The notes: generated from the sequence alone by a model not told the origin. Shown: positions 13,278 through 27,977, numbered from the stretch's first letter. The stretch: 64,000 nt of DNA from Octopus vulgaris (GCA_951406725.2 OX597823.1:8432001-8496000), one strand, 5' to 3'. Numbers and translations: made by a program.

Positions 13278-15077
13278 ATTAAACTTTTATTTAGGGAATT
13301 CTCGAAATAAATACGCACTGAATCGGTCTGTTGCTTTAAACGATGAGAAATCGCCAAGAAACAACTATATTATTATAAAAACATATATTTAAAATAAAAA
13401 CAATAGAAATACAAGTAATATTCGTAGACGCTTTAACATGGCTCTCCTACTGCGTTGAACTCTTAGATTTTAGAACTAGCATTTTTGCTTGTTGCAAAAT
13501 CAGCGACTGTGAGTTCGCTTGAAATATATATATTGCGTGCAGAAGCTTTTTTCATCTCTAGCAGGCGCGGTGTCCAGTACCGAGGAGTGGCAGAAATAGC
13601 CCGAAACCAGGACTGGTCTACTAGTCCCGTCGCTTGGAGACGGTAGGAGTTCGCTACCCTGCTCACAATTTTATCGGATGCAGCTATGCACCATTAACCA
13701 GCTAGAGATGTCCTCTTGAGATTAAAAACTCGCGGTAGAGTCCGCTCGAACGGATAGCCATGTTGGATTGGCTACGAATATCATTTGTCGGTACAACTAT
13801 TGCGTTGATTTCTTAGAGAGATTTTTAGATCTAAATATAAATACAATCTCTATACATAATAATATTCACAGATGTAGGTTAAACCGATGGATAATAAACT
13901 TTTGATTATTATTTTTATCATCTAAGCAGAATTCTATACTCTATTTATGTACCACATAAGTTTTCTGACATCTGATATTTGATATGAAACTAAATACACT
14001 TTGATAATTGTTGAATAGCGTTCACGTAATGTTGGATGTTACAGTCACAATGCGCTGAATGCAAAATCTATTTTAATTCTTATGGTCATTTCAGATCTTT
14101 ATGTATTGTCAAGAGGGAAGGCAGTACTCATGATCCTTTATAGGTTTCCTGAGACCGATGAGTATGCGGGAAGAAAGAAATTATTCTCAAACCAGAGACC
14201 TGGCCCGAATTCTTGCAACAGAATGGATTCAGCTTAAGACCCTTAAGATGCCAGGTGCTGGAATTAAAGCCTGTTACAATTTCCTAAGTAAACAACCGAA
14301 TTCGAACAAATACCGTAAAGCATCCGGTCCGACGTTTTACAGTAACACACACCCATTCCTTCCGATTGGCACTTAATTATATCAAAGAGAGAAGGATGGA
14401 AGGTGAAGTTGACTTCGAGGAGATTTTAATCCAGATTGTATAGGGTTTGGACAAAAACCATACAACTTTGGCGAATCTGGCATTTCGACTAAATGCCGTT
14501 GAGGCACAGCAACGTGGTAGATTAAAGATTTTCAACAAACAAAATTTCTATGTGTAGCCAATCAACAAGACTACCTATGGTCGAAGATGATAAAATTGAT
14601 ACTGCCAAATAAACAATAGAAAGGTTTGCAAAGTAAGAAGACAAATTGAAGTTTAGAAAGTGTCTCTCACCAGTTTTATTTCACACAGAGATTCTACGAA
14701 ACAAAGCAATATGTTTTCATAATGTTGCTAATACAAAAGCTAGACAACAAACGCTCTCAAAATAGGATATCAAATGAAATAAGAAATGAATTTATTGAAA
14801 GTGAACGCCACAATTTTGAAATTATGTAAAATGTGTGATGAAAAGGTGACAGCTGAATAGAAAGTTTACTGCATTTTGACACAAATCGAATTTTTTAATG
14901 ATTTATTAAACAGTAACTGAGTGGGAAGATTCAATTTGCTTTTATATTATTAGCGAACTAAAATAATAGCAACAGAAATAATTTCACTAAAAAAGGTATA
15001 TATATATATTCCATATGTATGTTTGTGTATGTGTGCGTGTACAAGTGTGTATGACTAAAACACACACATGCACACAC

Positions 15078-15188
<111 letters not shown>

Positions 15189-15284
15189 CAGAGTGTTTCA
15201 GAACTAGTAAAATCTAATCGCAGAATTCAAGAGCTCAATTCTTTAACATGTTAAGCTCTGATAGAAGACTGTAATATCGAAATT

Positions 15285-16977
15285 AATATAAAAGTTGACA
15301 TGATTCCTTTATTGACTGATATGGGTTGGTTCAACTTGCGTCTGTTGGTAGGTTAACACTTCTTCAATACAAAGCTGTTTCTCAAAATAGTCTTCACGGT
15401 GTGTGATGCATTTATGCCGTCGTTGAATCCAACTGACGGTCCCTCTTTGGAAATATTCAGGTGTGAATGTTGTGCCTACATTTTCCCACCCACTCTCATC
15501 AAATAGTTGCTCCCGAAGACACTGCTCTGTCGATTGCCTTATTTATTACCATTGGTATGAGTTGTCGTACATTGTTATGATGAATGAAGATCGTATTCAG
15601 ATTCCAATTCAGTTTCCTTCGCGTAATGGCTGCTTTAAACCTTTTGAATGTTTCATTGTACAGCTTTCCGAGATCCAGGGAAAATCACGCCCTTGCCTTT
15701 GTCTCAAACATTCAACATGACTTTCCGTATCGCTCGCCGGCTCGTAATTTCTTAGGCATTGGAGAAGAGGTGTAATCCTCTTTCATGAACTGAAGTGTCG
15801 TTTTCGTATCATAATGATATAACCGCACTTCATACCTTGTCACTAGAGATGTAAAGACGTCTATATTGGCTTGAAACGCTTCAAACTGATCACAATTGAA
15901 TTCAAATGAGGTGTCATCTGCTGAGGTACTCACTTTACATATACTTTTCGAAACCCTGTATCTTTTACTTTTCTTCGTAATACGGTGACCACACTCTGCT
16001 TTTAAAGCAGGCTCACGGATTGTGACTCGTGCGTCTGCGTGAACCAGTTCGTTCACTTTCGATAATTCGTGTCGGTGGCTGCACTTGGTAGTCTCTCATA
16101 GCCTTGTTTGTTTTTACAGCTGGTTTCCTCTTCTAATTTCTTCACCTATCTGTGTACATTGCTCGTGTCAGTTGTATCATCTCCGTAATCAATTTTTAGC
16201 TTTAAGTATATGTTAGACAGCCTGCACCCCACCGTTGTTAAAATTTCAATGATGACACGTTACTTTTGCTTCGATCACCTTCTGCTTGGTTCACCTTCTG
16301 CTTGGGTCACCTTCTGCTTGGATCACCTTCTGCTTGGGTCACCTTCTGCTTGGGTCACCTTCTGCTTGGATTATCTTCTGCTTGGGTCACCCTCTGCTTG
16401 AATTATCTTCTGCTTGGGTCACCTTCTGCTTGGGTCACCTTCTGCTTGGGTCACCTTCTGCTTGGATTATCTTCTGCTTGGGTCACCTTCTGCTTGGGTC
16501 ACCTTCTGCTTGGGTCACCTTCTGCTTGGATCACCTTCTGCTTGGGTCACCTTCTGCTTGGGTCACCTTCTGCTTGGGTCACCTTCTGCTTGGATTATCT
16601 TCTGCTTGGGTCACCTTCTGCTTGGGTCATCTTCTGCTTGGGTCACCTTCTGCTTGGGTCACCTTCTGCTTGGATCACCTTCTGCTTGGGTCACCTTCTG
16701 CTTGGATCACCTTCTGCTTGTGTCACCTTCTGCTTGGGTCACCTTCTGCTTGGGTCACCTGCTTGGATCACCTTCTGCTTGGATCACCTTCTGCTTGGGT
16801 CACCTTCTGCTTGGGTCACCTTCTGCTTGGTTCACCTTCTCCTTGGGTTACCTTCTGCAACGAAGAAGAGGAGGAGAACGTTACAATAGAAAACGAGCTA
16901 ATATACTAACATGTACAAATTGAACGACGTATGTCAGTTAATAAAAAAAAGTTAAGATTGCATTGCTTTCATTCGTA
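15285..16977 (-). mobile_element. Decayed mariner transposon with a minisatellite expanded at the transposase start
   Basis: Minus strand: KQK*RVIIEILTTVG..YGDD (N-terminus), VHADARVTIRE, LYHYDTKT..SSPMPKKLR, GKVM-like, and C-terminal FQRG..RHKCITHREDYFEK. Boundaries are approximate. Confidence 0.8.
16267..16858. repeat. 16-bp minisatellite (TGCTTGGGTCACCTTC)n, about 37 units
   Basis: Direct reading. Variant units GGATTATC and GGATCACC recur. It explains the 16-aa-periodic ORFs. Confidence 0.97.
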
Positions 16978-17896
16978 TTGTTACTTCAATGCAATAAAAA
17001 ACTAATAGGTAAGGCTTCCAGTCCGATGATTTTATGACTTTCACATCGGATTCAATGTCTGCAATTTATAATTATGTAATTATTACTAATTATTATATAA
17101 TTGAAAATTGTTTTTCGTTACTTCGTGCTTCACGTTTCCATTTATTCAAACGATTAACAAGAAGTTTTGATTGAAAATATAAGAAAATATTTTTGTAAGC
17201 ACACCGAATATTATCAAATAACGATACTTAATTGATTGTGAAAATGTAGTAGAAAATGCGATGCACAAATCTAGTGGAAAATGCGACATACATTCATCAA
17301 TATAATGAACATACTCAAAATAAGGGGAGGTGATTTATACGCCAGTTACCAAGTGAAACCGTAGAATTTAGGATTTAGGATTTAGTAATTTTCAAGGATA
17401 TTTGTGTACAGGCATTTGTAAGACTCCACAGATAATGATGTCTTTTGAAACCGCAGTGTTATTATGCACAAACAATACCTACCAAGACTTCCAACGTGCA
17501 ATACATTGAATATGACCTGTCAGTGACCTGTTTGTGACATGTTCTCCAATTCGATCTAACTTCTAGCACTTTATTTACATACATGCTCAAATGAAACGCG
17601 ACAACAACATACAAACAATCATTAATTCCTTACATAAAATATAACGAAGTCAGCAGAAGCCAGCTTTATAGTTTCAATGTAGTTTCAAACAAATAAACCC
17701 CCAAAAAAGGCTTTATCATCCTTTTCTTTCAACACTCATTACATAAAAGTTTGTTTACATCTCTCTATCTCCTCATCTTCATTTTGCTCTCATTTTCATT
17801 GCCTCTCACCGCTACATTCCTTCCTCCGCATTCGCCCCCTTTGTAGACACATCTCTCTCTCTCTCACATACACACAGCTCTCTACCTTACTCTCCC

Positions 17897-17944
<48 letters not shown>

Positions 17945-18447
17945 TATACACACATGTAGGTATACCCGTCTTTAGTAGTTAACCGTTATATACTTATAAA
18001 AATGTCTTTGCCATGGTTTTATAGATATACATTAATATAGATAGTGTTTTATATACTGTGCAAAACATGTCTTTATCAAAGCACGAAAGAATATTCATTG
18101 TCGTAAAACTAACACGATTCAGACATATATATACATAAATACAGATATACACATATGTGTATGCGTGTGTGTATGTGTGTGTGTGTGTTATACATTTGCA
18201 TACTCATACATGGATATATACATTGATACATACATACACACTAACAATATATATATATATATACACATATATATAGGAAAAATAGCATTTGAAAATGCAT
18301 TGAGAATAGTTAAAATATTTTTATTAAAATATTTGAATAATAAAAATAAAAATAATATTAATAATAAAAAATATTCTAACTATTGTCATTACATCTTCAA
18401 CTTCTATTTTTCCTATATTTCTACCCGTGCGGAATGAAAAATCTTTG

Positions 18448-18496
<49 letters not shown>

Positions 18497-18664
18497 GTAT
18501 GTATATGTATGTATATGTATATAAATATATATATATGCATATACATACATATATATATATGTTATATATATATATATATATTATATATATATATATTATA
18601 TTATATATATATGTATATATCTATATCCATCTACCTATCTATATATATTGTTCATACGTTCATT

Positions 18665-19060
18665 CATAGCTGTGTGGTAAGAAGCTTGCTTCACAACCGC
18701 ATGGTTATGGTTTCGGTACCACTGCGTGGCAGCTTGGGCTGGTGTCTTCAGCCACAAAGTATTCTGGATGGATGTGGTAGAGAGAAACTGAAAGAAGTTT
18801 CTTGTTTATATATATATGTATATATATATATTTATATGTATGTATGTATTTGTGTGTGCGTGTTTGTGTCTGTGTTTGTCTCCCCCTCCCCCACCACTTA
18901 ACAACGAATGTTAGTGTGTTTACGTCCTTGCAACTTAATGGTTCGGAAAAAGAAACCGATAGTACTAGGCTTATAAAGAATAAGTCCCGGGGTCGATTTC
19001 TTCGACTAAAGGCCGAGCTCCACCATGACGGGAGTCAGATAACTGAATCAAATAAAAGTA
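18665..19060 (+). mobile_element. SINE family B, degenerate copy
   Basis: GCTGTGTGGTAAGAAGCTTG...AAGAATAAGTCCCGGGGTCGAT. Confidence 0.8.
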
Positions 19061-21226
19061 ATATTATTACTAGTAACAGCACATAAATGATCAGAGTTTT
19101 ATTTTCGGTATTGCACTGAATATAGCCACTAAAAATACTGACGACTACCTGCATTTACTTGGCGGAAGAGCAACGGCTCTTTAGCGTTGGAGCTACATAT
19201 ATACAAGGCCTGTTCATTGGTAGTAGAGAAGCAGAATGAATAATAGTGAAAACTATTATTTTGTCGTGGGTTTCAGAACCGAAGCAGAATAAAAAGGTGT
19301 GAATTAATATGTCTTTTCTCGTGGATTGTAAAATCTATCCATGAGGGAAAAACCGAAGTATGTTAGCTTGTGTGTATGCGTGTGGTTCAATTGGATATGA
19401 TGACATTATACTAAAATCTTGTTTTGGCAGTTCGGGAGAGCAACCGCATCACGTGAGATTTTTAGAATGTTCTATTTTTCATCAAGCAGAGTTTGCATCT
19501 ACTTCCGTTAAAACACAGCCTAGATCTTTTCATGAAACTCCAATTGATGATATGACGGTACATCTAACTTTAAATCTCATAGCTAACGAGCTAATATTGT
19601 GACATTCCGCCATTTTAGTATCCTGAAAGAACTGCGATTATTTTGCCTGGTTTTAAGGGGCCATCAGGGATTTTTTCTACATGTGCAATAAAACCATTTG
19701 AATCAGGTAAGTTTGAAAGCGAAATCTACTGTTTTTGCGGATATCAGAAGGTTCTATGATATAAAACCTCTAGCCTGTCACTTGATGTTCAACAACAAAT
19801 ACTTAAAGAGTCGCATACGTATTTTATAAACTTTTGTCATAATAATCAAATGAGTTACAGATGTCTCATTACCTCATTTTGTTCATGTTTCGTTTGAAGA
19901 CAGTTGACTAATCAATGAATAATGAGATGGCTATCATCTGTTATGATGAAGCAGTCAACGTCATCCTATATACATATACATACATAACAACCACACACGC
20001 ACATACATACATATATACATACATGCATACACACACACACATATATATATATATGTATATATATATTATTTGCATGTTATTTATATTTCCATAAGAGATT
20101 ATTATATTGGATAACGATTTATCCTATATAATACAAACACGCATAATCACACACGTGCGTACACATTTTTTACTTTGAAAACGAAAATTACTTTGATAAT
20201 ATATTGATGTATGTAGAAAGAGGAAGAGAGACAGACATAAAGATAGTTGGGTAGATAAACAGACACTAAAATTTTATTAACAGTTATTAGCAAGTCATAT
20301 CAGTAGTTCACTTTATTGTTTTCTTGAAAATACCAGAAAATAATAATAAATCCATATATATATATATTATTTGAGTCTTCGGAAATATTTTTGTACAAAA
20401 GAAATAAAAATAATATATAAAGAAGAACGAAAAAGAAATACCAAACAATAAACATTAAAATAAAATATATAATTGAGTCAACAAGCAATGAAGTAATAAA
20501 TATATAAAAAAGAAGAAAAAAAGTAATTACAATAAAAGCTTAAAATAAATAATAACACTGATATTGTAATTATATCCCGAAGCCCTGTCAGAGTAATAAC
20601 TGAATGGAAATAGTTTTCCTTGGTTCGCTTCCAGCTGATCGATAAGGAAATTCAATAGAATTATTATAACTGGAAGATCAATATTACACCATGTTTTTTG
20701 ACACTTACCCACGGTGTTTTGTTGGTTGATTTATTTATTCCACTTTCTTGAAATTCTATTCATTATTAATTTACTACAGAAACGTTATTTATTTATTTGT
20801 TTAAAAAACAATACGATAATTGCTCCGGAGTATGATGCATTCGACATTTTAAATAAAGAACAACAAATATCTTCTGCATGCATGTATGCGTGTATATATA
20901 TGCATATATGTGTGCATATATTTTATATATATATATATATATATATGTTTGTATGTATGTTTGTGAAGGGATGTATGTGTATGCATGCGTGTTTGTGTAT
21001 GTGGGGAGCAAAAGAGGCAGAGGATAAATATAATACTTGAGATTTTAAATAATGAACTTTTATGTTAAGTAGTGTACATATTGCGGTGGAATACACACAT
21101 GCACACAGACACACACAAACATATATACGGAGAGAGACAGAGAGACAGACAGACAGAGACAGAGAGATAGACATGTATGTACATATGTATATATATATAT
21201 AAATATATGTATATTCTATTTATATA

Positions 21227-21268
<42 letters not shown>

Positions 21269-21406
21269 TACGCGCACACACATATAAAAACATATACATA
21301 TACATACGTACAGGCATACATATCTATCTCTATATGTATGTATATATTGAGTATGTATTATGTATGCATTTATGTATGTATCTATGTATGTATGTATGCA
21401 TCTCTC

Positions 21407-21448
<42 letters not shown>

Positions 21449-22904
21449 GATGAGAATTTGTTTTGTGGTTTGAAAAGGCACCGGAACCTCAAAACGTGTA
21501 GTCGTTTTAAAATTTTGTAATAGATTTATTGAAATACCAAACCTCTTTCGACAATTTTTTGCTTATCAATGGCACAAATATTTAAATAAAATGTTTAGGA
21601 GAGTTGAATGTTACTAGGTAAAAAACATGTTTAAACCATCAAATGTTCACAGAAATTTCAATGAGTTACACAGGGATGGATAGAAATATAAGTGTTAATC
21701 TTCGGTGAAGATCATAGCAAATGTACATTGTTGAAAATTCAGTCATATTGTGTTTTTATAAAAACAATGGAGAGAAAGGAAAGAAGTGTTTTTACAATTT
21801 CTGTCTTGGTGCGTGTAGGTCTTTTTTTCAATTTCAGTTTCAGTGCACTGGTCTCTTCACCTCAGCTTGTTGGAGTTCGAAGTGCTATAAGTCCAACTCT
21901 TTTAGAATATATGTGTTTTTATGGAAAGGGATCCAATATTTGGTGACGTCTTTTTGTTTTTCTCGAAGTGTTTTGGTCAAAATAATTTTGTTTTGGCAAA
22001 CTGTAGTGTTTTGGTTGGCTTACTGATAACGTCCATTCCTTGTTGACCACGGTCAAGGAGCAAGTTCTGGTTGGTGGTAGATATCGTGACGTCACTTTAT
22101 TTTGATCAAAAATATTTACCGTTTTGGACAAAATATTTTTGTTTTTGGCAAAGTTCACCGTTATGATTGGTTGACGTGTTAGGGACTCGGTAACTTGTTT
22201 TTATCTGAGGGTCATCTATCGTTCCTGTTGGTTGGTCCCCTTAAGAAATCATTATTTGTTTTTTTTTCCGGGCCCGGTCCTGCCCAGAGAAAAAAATTCA
22301 TTTTTGGTGCATCGACAGAGAGGGAAAATCTGTTACTTTGGATTTATGTCTGCGGAACATTGATCTAAGTGTCTGCTTATAAGAATTTTCCTTGTCGTAT
22401 ATATATAAACATCTGTCTACTATATAACACACACACACACACACACTCACAAATATATATATTGTCCCAATAGTGACTAATGAGAACGTCAGAAACGTGT
22501 AGTCCATCTTGTTCCTGCCGTGACATCAATCCTGGGACTATGCTCACCTCGTTCCAATATATATTCTGTTTTTAACGCAACATGAAAATATTTCCTCTGA
22601 GATAGAAACCACAGCATTATGCTTTCGACGGTGGGTAGCTTGAAATTTAATGATTTTTCAGTTAAACACACTGATTTTTATTCTATCCGACAAGTCTCTA
22701 AAATACCTATTCTGTATGCATCGGAAGACACAAATTTCCTCTAGGTATGTGATTACCGACTGCATATCATTCAGAAAACAGGAGAAAATCGAGACGCATT
22801 AGACTTACTCATGAGTTACTGCTGGGATGAAATACGCCAGGCCCTGGTATATTTTGTATTTTCAACACTACATGTCTTTGAAGAGATTTTCTGTCAGATA
22901 GGTA

Positions 22905-23092
22905 CGAAATAGAAAACGCCAGGAGAAACAAAAACACCTTAAAAAACAACTCACAAGGACAAAATTCACATCAGAGAATGAAAGAGAATCCTCCGTAAAA
23001 GAATGTGGGGATTGCAGATGTGGAATCTGCAACAACAACAATAACTTCAAATATATACATGGGGACACCCACATAAAATTTAAGAGTGGATT
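22905..23092 (+). pseudogene. Penelope-like element fragment (linker and Cys motif preceding GIY-YIG)
   Basis: KRQEKQKHLKKQLTRTKFTS...VKECGDCRCGIC...IHGDTHIKFKSG resembles the PLE 'RQP.NLK.LL.RAKF...C...RC..C' linker. Ends in (TATC)n. Confidence 0.55.
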
Positions 23093-23102
23093 TCTACCTA
23101 CA

Positions 23103-23358
<256 letters not shown>

Positions 23359-23840
23359 AACATGTTGATACGTAAACATGTATATGTGTATTTGCTATTT
23401 TACATACGGGATAAAAATTAAATGTGTGCAGCTTTGTTTTAAGCGTCGAGGAAATACAATGACCCCCAAAACCAAAATTTTCAAGCTAATACTCTTGCGA
23501 AACTGACAAAGATGAAATCACCAAACACACACACACACGCGCGCGCGCGCGCATTCAAATATGAAATAAAATCAGGGCTAGAATAATACACATTATCGAC
23601 AACATATACTTGACATAAACGGACAGCATATTTGCCGGCGGACTGCGTAGTGGGGGGCGGAAAATACTCAAACCTTTCAAACCTTCGGTGTTAAAACATT
23701 TGAAAATAATAGGCAAGGAGTGATGCTTCATTATTTTTGTGGCTTATCAACATCACGTACCCGAACGGAATCGGAGACGAATCATACCGCTAATCCACGA
23801 CTTATATGCATATAGTAAGAAAACTGTGTGCTGCGCTGCC

Positions 23841-24945
23841 GGACAATGCATACGTAAAAATACATTCAAATGAAATAGAAACAGCGGCAGTGTAATAAAT
23901 CATAAATATCCATAATTTTCAGGTGTTTAAATACCCGGAGCTTTGAGAGATTATTCTCTACCGCACCAAGTTGCAACCTCGTTTTGTTTCTACGTTACGT
24001 ATATGTGGACGGTTATATTGAGTTAGTACATAATTATTGCGCCTTTTTTTTCAATAAAGTTTATTCATTAAAAACAATAACAGCATGTAACAAAAACATC
24101 TTTAAATGTTTATTCCGTTGCATATTCGCCATCTTCTTCAATTACTGCTTCCCATTTGCTTGGCAGACGGTCAGACCGTCATATTCAACCAAGGCCCAAC
24201 CGTTTCCATAAATGTCTTTCGTATCTGAAAAAACGAAAGATGTCAGAAAGTTCTTTGTTCATGAGAATTTTTAATGCAATCATGAAATTCCTAATTATTT
24301 GAATTTATCTTCCCTTCTTATTCATAGTTGTTTAAAAAAATATCTTTAGGCTTTCGTGTTCTCTGTCTCTTTCCAAAGATAATTTTAACAAAGGCTGAGT
24401 ATATCCTGTACAGTATTGAAGCGAACATTTCCGACATGGTTATTCAAATTCATATCACTGCTTCCTTTGAGCTATTTTCTCTTTGCATCTTTATGTGACA
24501 AAACATCTTTAAATGATTATTCCGGAGCATATTTACCATCTGCTTCAATTATTACTTCCTATTTGCTTGGCAGACGGTTAGGCCGTCATTTAAAGATGTT
24601 TTGTTAAATATTGTTATCGTTTTTGTTGAATAAAATTTGTTGAAAAATAGCCGCAATAATTATGCATCACATAATATACGTAACGTATAAACAATACGAG
24701 TATTTGCCGGTAGGCTTCAACTTGGTGTGGTGGAGAATAGCCTCTCAAAGCTCCGAGTATTTAAACACCTGAAAGTGATGGATAGGCGTAGAAACTGACC
24801 TCATATCCCATTCAGGATGGCGGGGTCGATGTTTCGCCAACTTTGTGCCCGAAACTGGATCGGAGATCAGTGATATCGGGAATGTTTCTTACTCTACTGC
24901 TGCTTCTATTTTATATTTGAATTTATTCTTAAGTGTACATTGTAC
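23841..24945. mobile_element. Large degenerate foldback element enclosing a mariner-derived MITE
   Basis: Outer inverted arms at about 23841-24003 and 24675-24945, for example TTCAGGTGTTTAAATAC.CGGAGCTTTGAGAG. Confidence 0.7.
24016..24676 (-). mobile_element. Mariner-derived internally deleted element with a duplicated transposase C-terminus
   Basis: TIR-like ends TATTGAGTTAGTACATAATTATTGCG / CGCAATAATTATGCATCACATAATA. Minus-strand RLPSKWEAVIEEDGEY occurs at about 24110-24170 and, degenerate, at about 24520-24580. Confidence 0.7.
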
Positions 24946-24953
24946 GAGAAAAT

Positions 24954-25181
24954 GGCGAGCTGGCAGAATCGTTAGCGCGCCGGGCGAAATGCTTAGCGGT
25001 ATTTCGTCTGTCGTTACGTTCTGAGTTCAAATTCCACCGAGGTCAACTTTGCCTTTCATCCTTTCGGAGTCGATAAATAAAGTACCAGTTTCGCACTGGG
25101 GGCGATATAATCGACTCAATCCCTTCGTCAGTCCTTGTTTGTCTCCTCTGTGTTTAGCTCCTTGTGGGTAGTAAAGAAATA
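24954..25181 (+). mobile_element. SINE family A
   Basis: Matches 10766-10997. Confidence 0.9.
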
Positions 25182-25354
25182 TATATAATAAAATCAACTG
25201 TTATTCACCGTTCCAAAATCATCTTTAAAAGTTGCGTTTCAGTCATGTGATAGGAAATCTCTGAAAAATCATACGTAATCACACGCATAATTATCTTCTA
25301 CCACAAACACTTACACATATACAGACATACACACACAATAAAGCTTGTAATGAC

Positions 25355-25620
25355 ACCTGGTCTAGTGGTTCGGATGTCGTGATCACGATCGCCTGAACGT
25401 GGGTTCGATTCTTGAACAAAACACTTCATTTCACATTGGTCCAGTTCACTCAGATGTAAATGGGAAACACTGTAATAAAATAGCGTTCCGATCATAGGGA
25501 ATGGTGGACTGCTTACCTAGCAAGTGGAGTGGCGTCGTTCGAAAGCTAAGGTGATGCGAAATGCATGATGATGACCAGCGATGTATAATAACATCTGAGG
25601 GTATGGTCGTTTATGTGATA
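25355..25620 (+). mobile_element. tRNA-like SINE with a D-like head and a tail shared with 48755-49058
   Basis: Head TGGTCTAGTGGTT..GGTTCGATTC. Tail GTGGCGTCGTT..GACCAGCGATGT..AACATCTGA. Confidence 0.65.
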
Positions 25621-25837
25621 TATATATGTTCACTGATAAAATTCCGTACTGCTCCAGCATGGCCACAATCAAATGACTGAAACAATTAAAAGAAAGAAAA
25701 AGAATCGGGGTCGATTCGTTCGACAAAAATTCTCCTAGGTGGTGCTACAGCATGGCCGAAGCCAAATGACTGAAGCAAAAAAAGCAAAAAAAATAATAAA
25801 ATAAGAAATGATACACGTACACACACGCACATGCTTA

Positions 25838-25894
<57 letters not shown>

Positions 25895-26789
25895 ACACAC
25901 ATACAAAAGCTCATGTATAACAATATCTTTATACGTCTCTATATAGCACCTTCTGATTATCTATCTATATTCACTCACACACATGTACACACACACAGAT
26001 ATATATACACACACACATATGCACATAGCGCTTTGTCTATTTCTAGAAGTAGCTTGCTGTAGACAATGAATTTGAAAGATAGCTCCATGATTATAAATAA
26101 CATATCAATCCGATTGAATGGAAGACGACCGGGAAACGAAAGCAACAAAATACACAATTGCAGACAACAATTCAAAGATATGGAGGTAGAGAGAGAGAGA
26201 GAGCGAGAGAGAGAGAGAGAGAGAGTGTGAGAGAGAGGGGTGGGGTGAGAGAGGAAAGGAGGGAAAGCGAGAAAGATAGATAGATAAATCAAGAGAGACA
26301 GAGTGTTGTGGAGTAGTTGGTGGAGGTCGAGGTTGGTAGAGACTATGAATAAAAGCCTAAAAACAAGACATCTTTAACAATGAATTTAACGAGAAACCAA
26401 AGACAAGATAAAGCGTTGATGCTGTCGTAGTCTTTTAACCCTAGGCTTGCCTTAATTGAGTAGACCAATCATTAGAAGCGTTCCAGCATGACAATCCTGT
26501 CTTTTGTAGTATATCGGGAAATACATTTTTCACTGCTTCCTTTGTTGTTTTTTTAAAGACTGTAGGGTTTACAAGAAGGAGACATGGCTGCTATTTCTAG
26601 CAGATCGAATGACCACATAGGGGATCGCTAAGTCAGAGAACTGCGATGTTATGTATGTATGTATGTATGCATGTATACGCGCAGATGTGTATGTATGTGG
26701 AGTATGTATGAAAGTGCTTGTGACGTTGTGAGATTGAGATATGCATGCACGTAAGCGCGCTCACCAGCGCACACCTATGCGCATATATG

Positions 26790-26825
<36 letters not shown>

Positions 26826-27977
26826 TGACTGTATACAAGTGTATATAGTATATGTCGGATAGAGGGGTGAATGAGTTTATGGGAGCTTATGTACATGTGT
26901 GCCTTAGCGCTTAGTTGTACCTGTAATTACATCTGAGCATGTGTGTCTGTTTGAAAGTGGAAATTATAACTAATAAGGGTAGCTTGTTCGCAATTTTACA
27001 ACGGAAAGGCAGAGATATATTTGTAACTAAAGTGACTGAGAACACTAGTCAGCACTAGTATTGCTAGAAATTCTGCAATGAATTGTTTTAACTGTTATTT
27101 CTCCTGCCACAACCTGGGACCTTGAAGACTGCTTTAATGCAAGAAAGTATACTAGTCCCTTAATATTTTATATTCAATATTTCATCTATTCAATAAGACA
27201 ATCAATACTTCATTTCATTTTACTATATATATATATATATATTATTTATACTGTATATTCTATATTCTACATTAATATTATAAAGAATATAAATAAAACA
27301 AAAATAGCTGGAATTTCTTTGAATAATATATATTTCCCTCTATACACAATCATACAGCCCCCTTTATATACATACACACACACACACATATATATATATA
27401 TATGTATGAGTGCGTGTATGTATAAACATAAATATGAAGAAGAAAATGAGATGTTGGTCCGTTGTGAAGAGAAACAGGTAAGACACAGCAACAGTGGTAA
27501 TAGTAACAGGCGTGACGTTTATAGTATATCGCGGTAGCAAGTCTACAAAGACTGCAGTGGTGGCGGTAACAGGTGTAAAATGAGAGTAGTGGTCTGTTGG
27601 CAGCAGACGTAATATGCTTGGTGGTAGTGGCAGTGGTAGTAGGAGGTGTAACGTGCAAGGCATAACATTTCTGGGCGGTAACAGGTGTAACAAAACTGCG
27701 GTAGTTGTAGGTGTAATGGTTGAGGTAGAAAGTGGTAAGCAGGTATAAGATTAGTAGTGGTGGCAGTGGCGGTAATCGATGCGAACAGATGTAACACGAC
27801 GGAAGTGGTAATAGTAGCAGGTATAGTGTAAAAGGGCGGTAACGCATGTAACACTGATGGTTGTGGTGGCGGTAACAGGTGTAACGACAATGGAGGAGGC
27901 GGTAAACAGTAATCGTAATGCCAATAGAGCTGAAGAAAAAAAACAGCAATAAACAGAAGAGTGAATTGCAAATTGTA

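Noticed and set aside
16267-16858. Possible CRISPR array
   Set aside because: Contiguous tandem units with no spacers, no cas genes, and a eukaryotic context.
16210-16923. Overlapping 170-207 aa ORFs with LLLGSPSAWVTFC repeats
   Set aside because: They arise from a stop-free 16-bp minisatellite read in several frames.
20555-20595. CTGATA...CCCGAAGCCCTGTCAGAG hammerhead-like remnant
   Set aside because: The core and stems are too degenerate to call.
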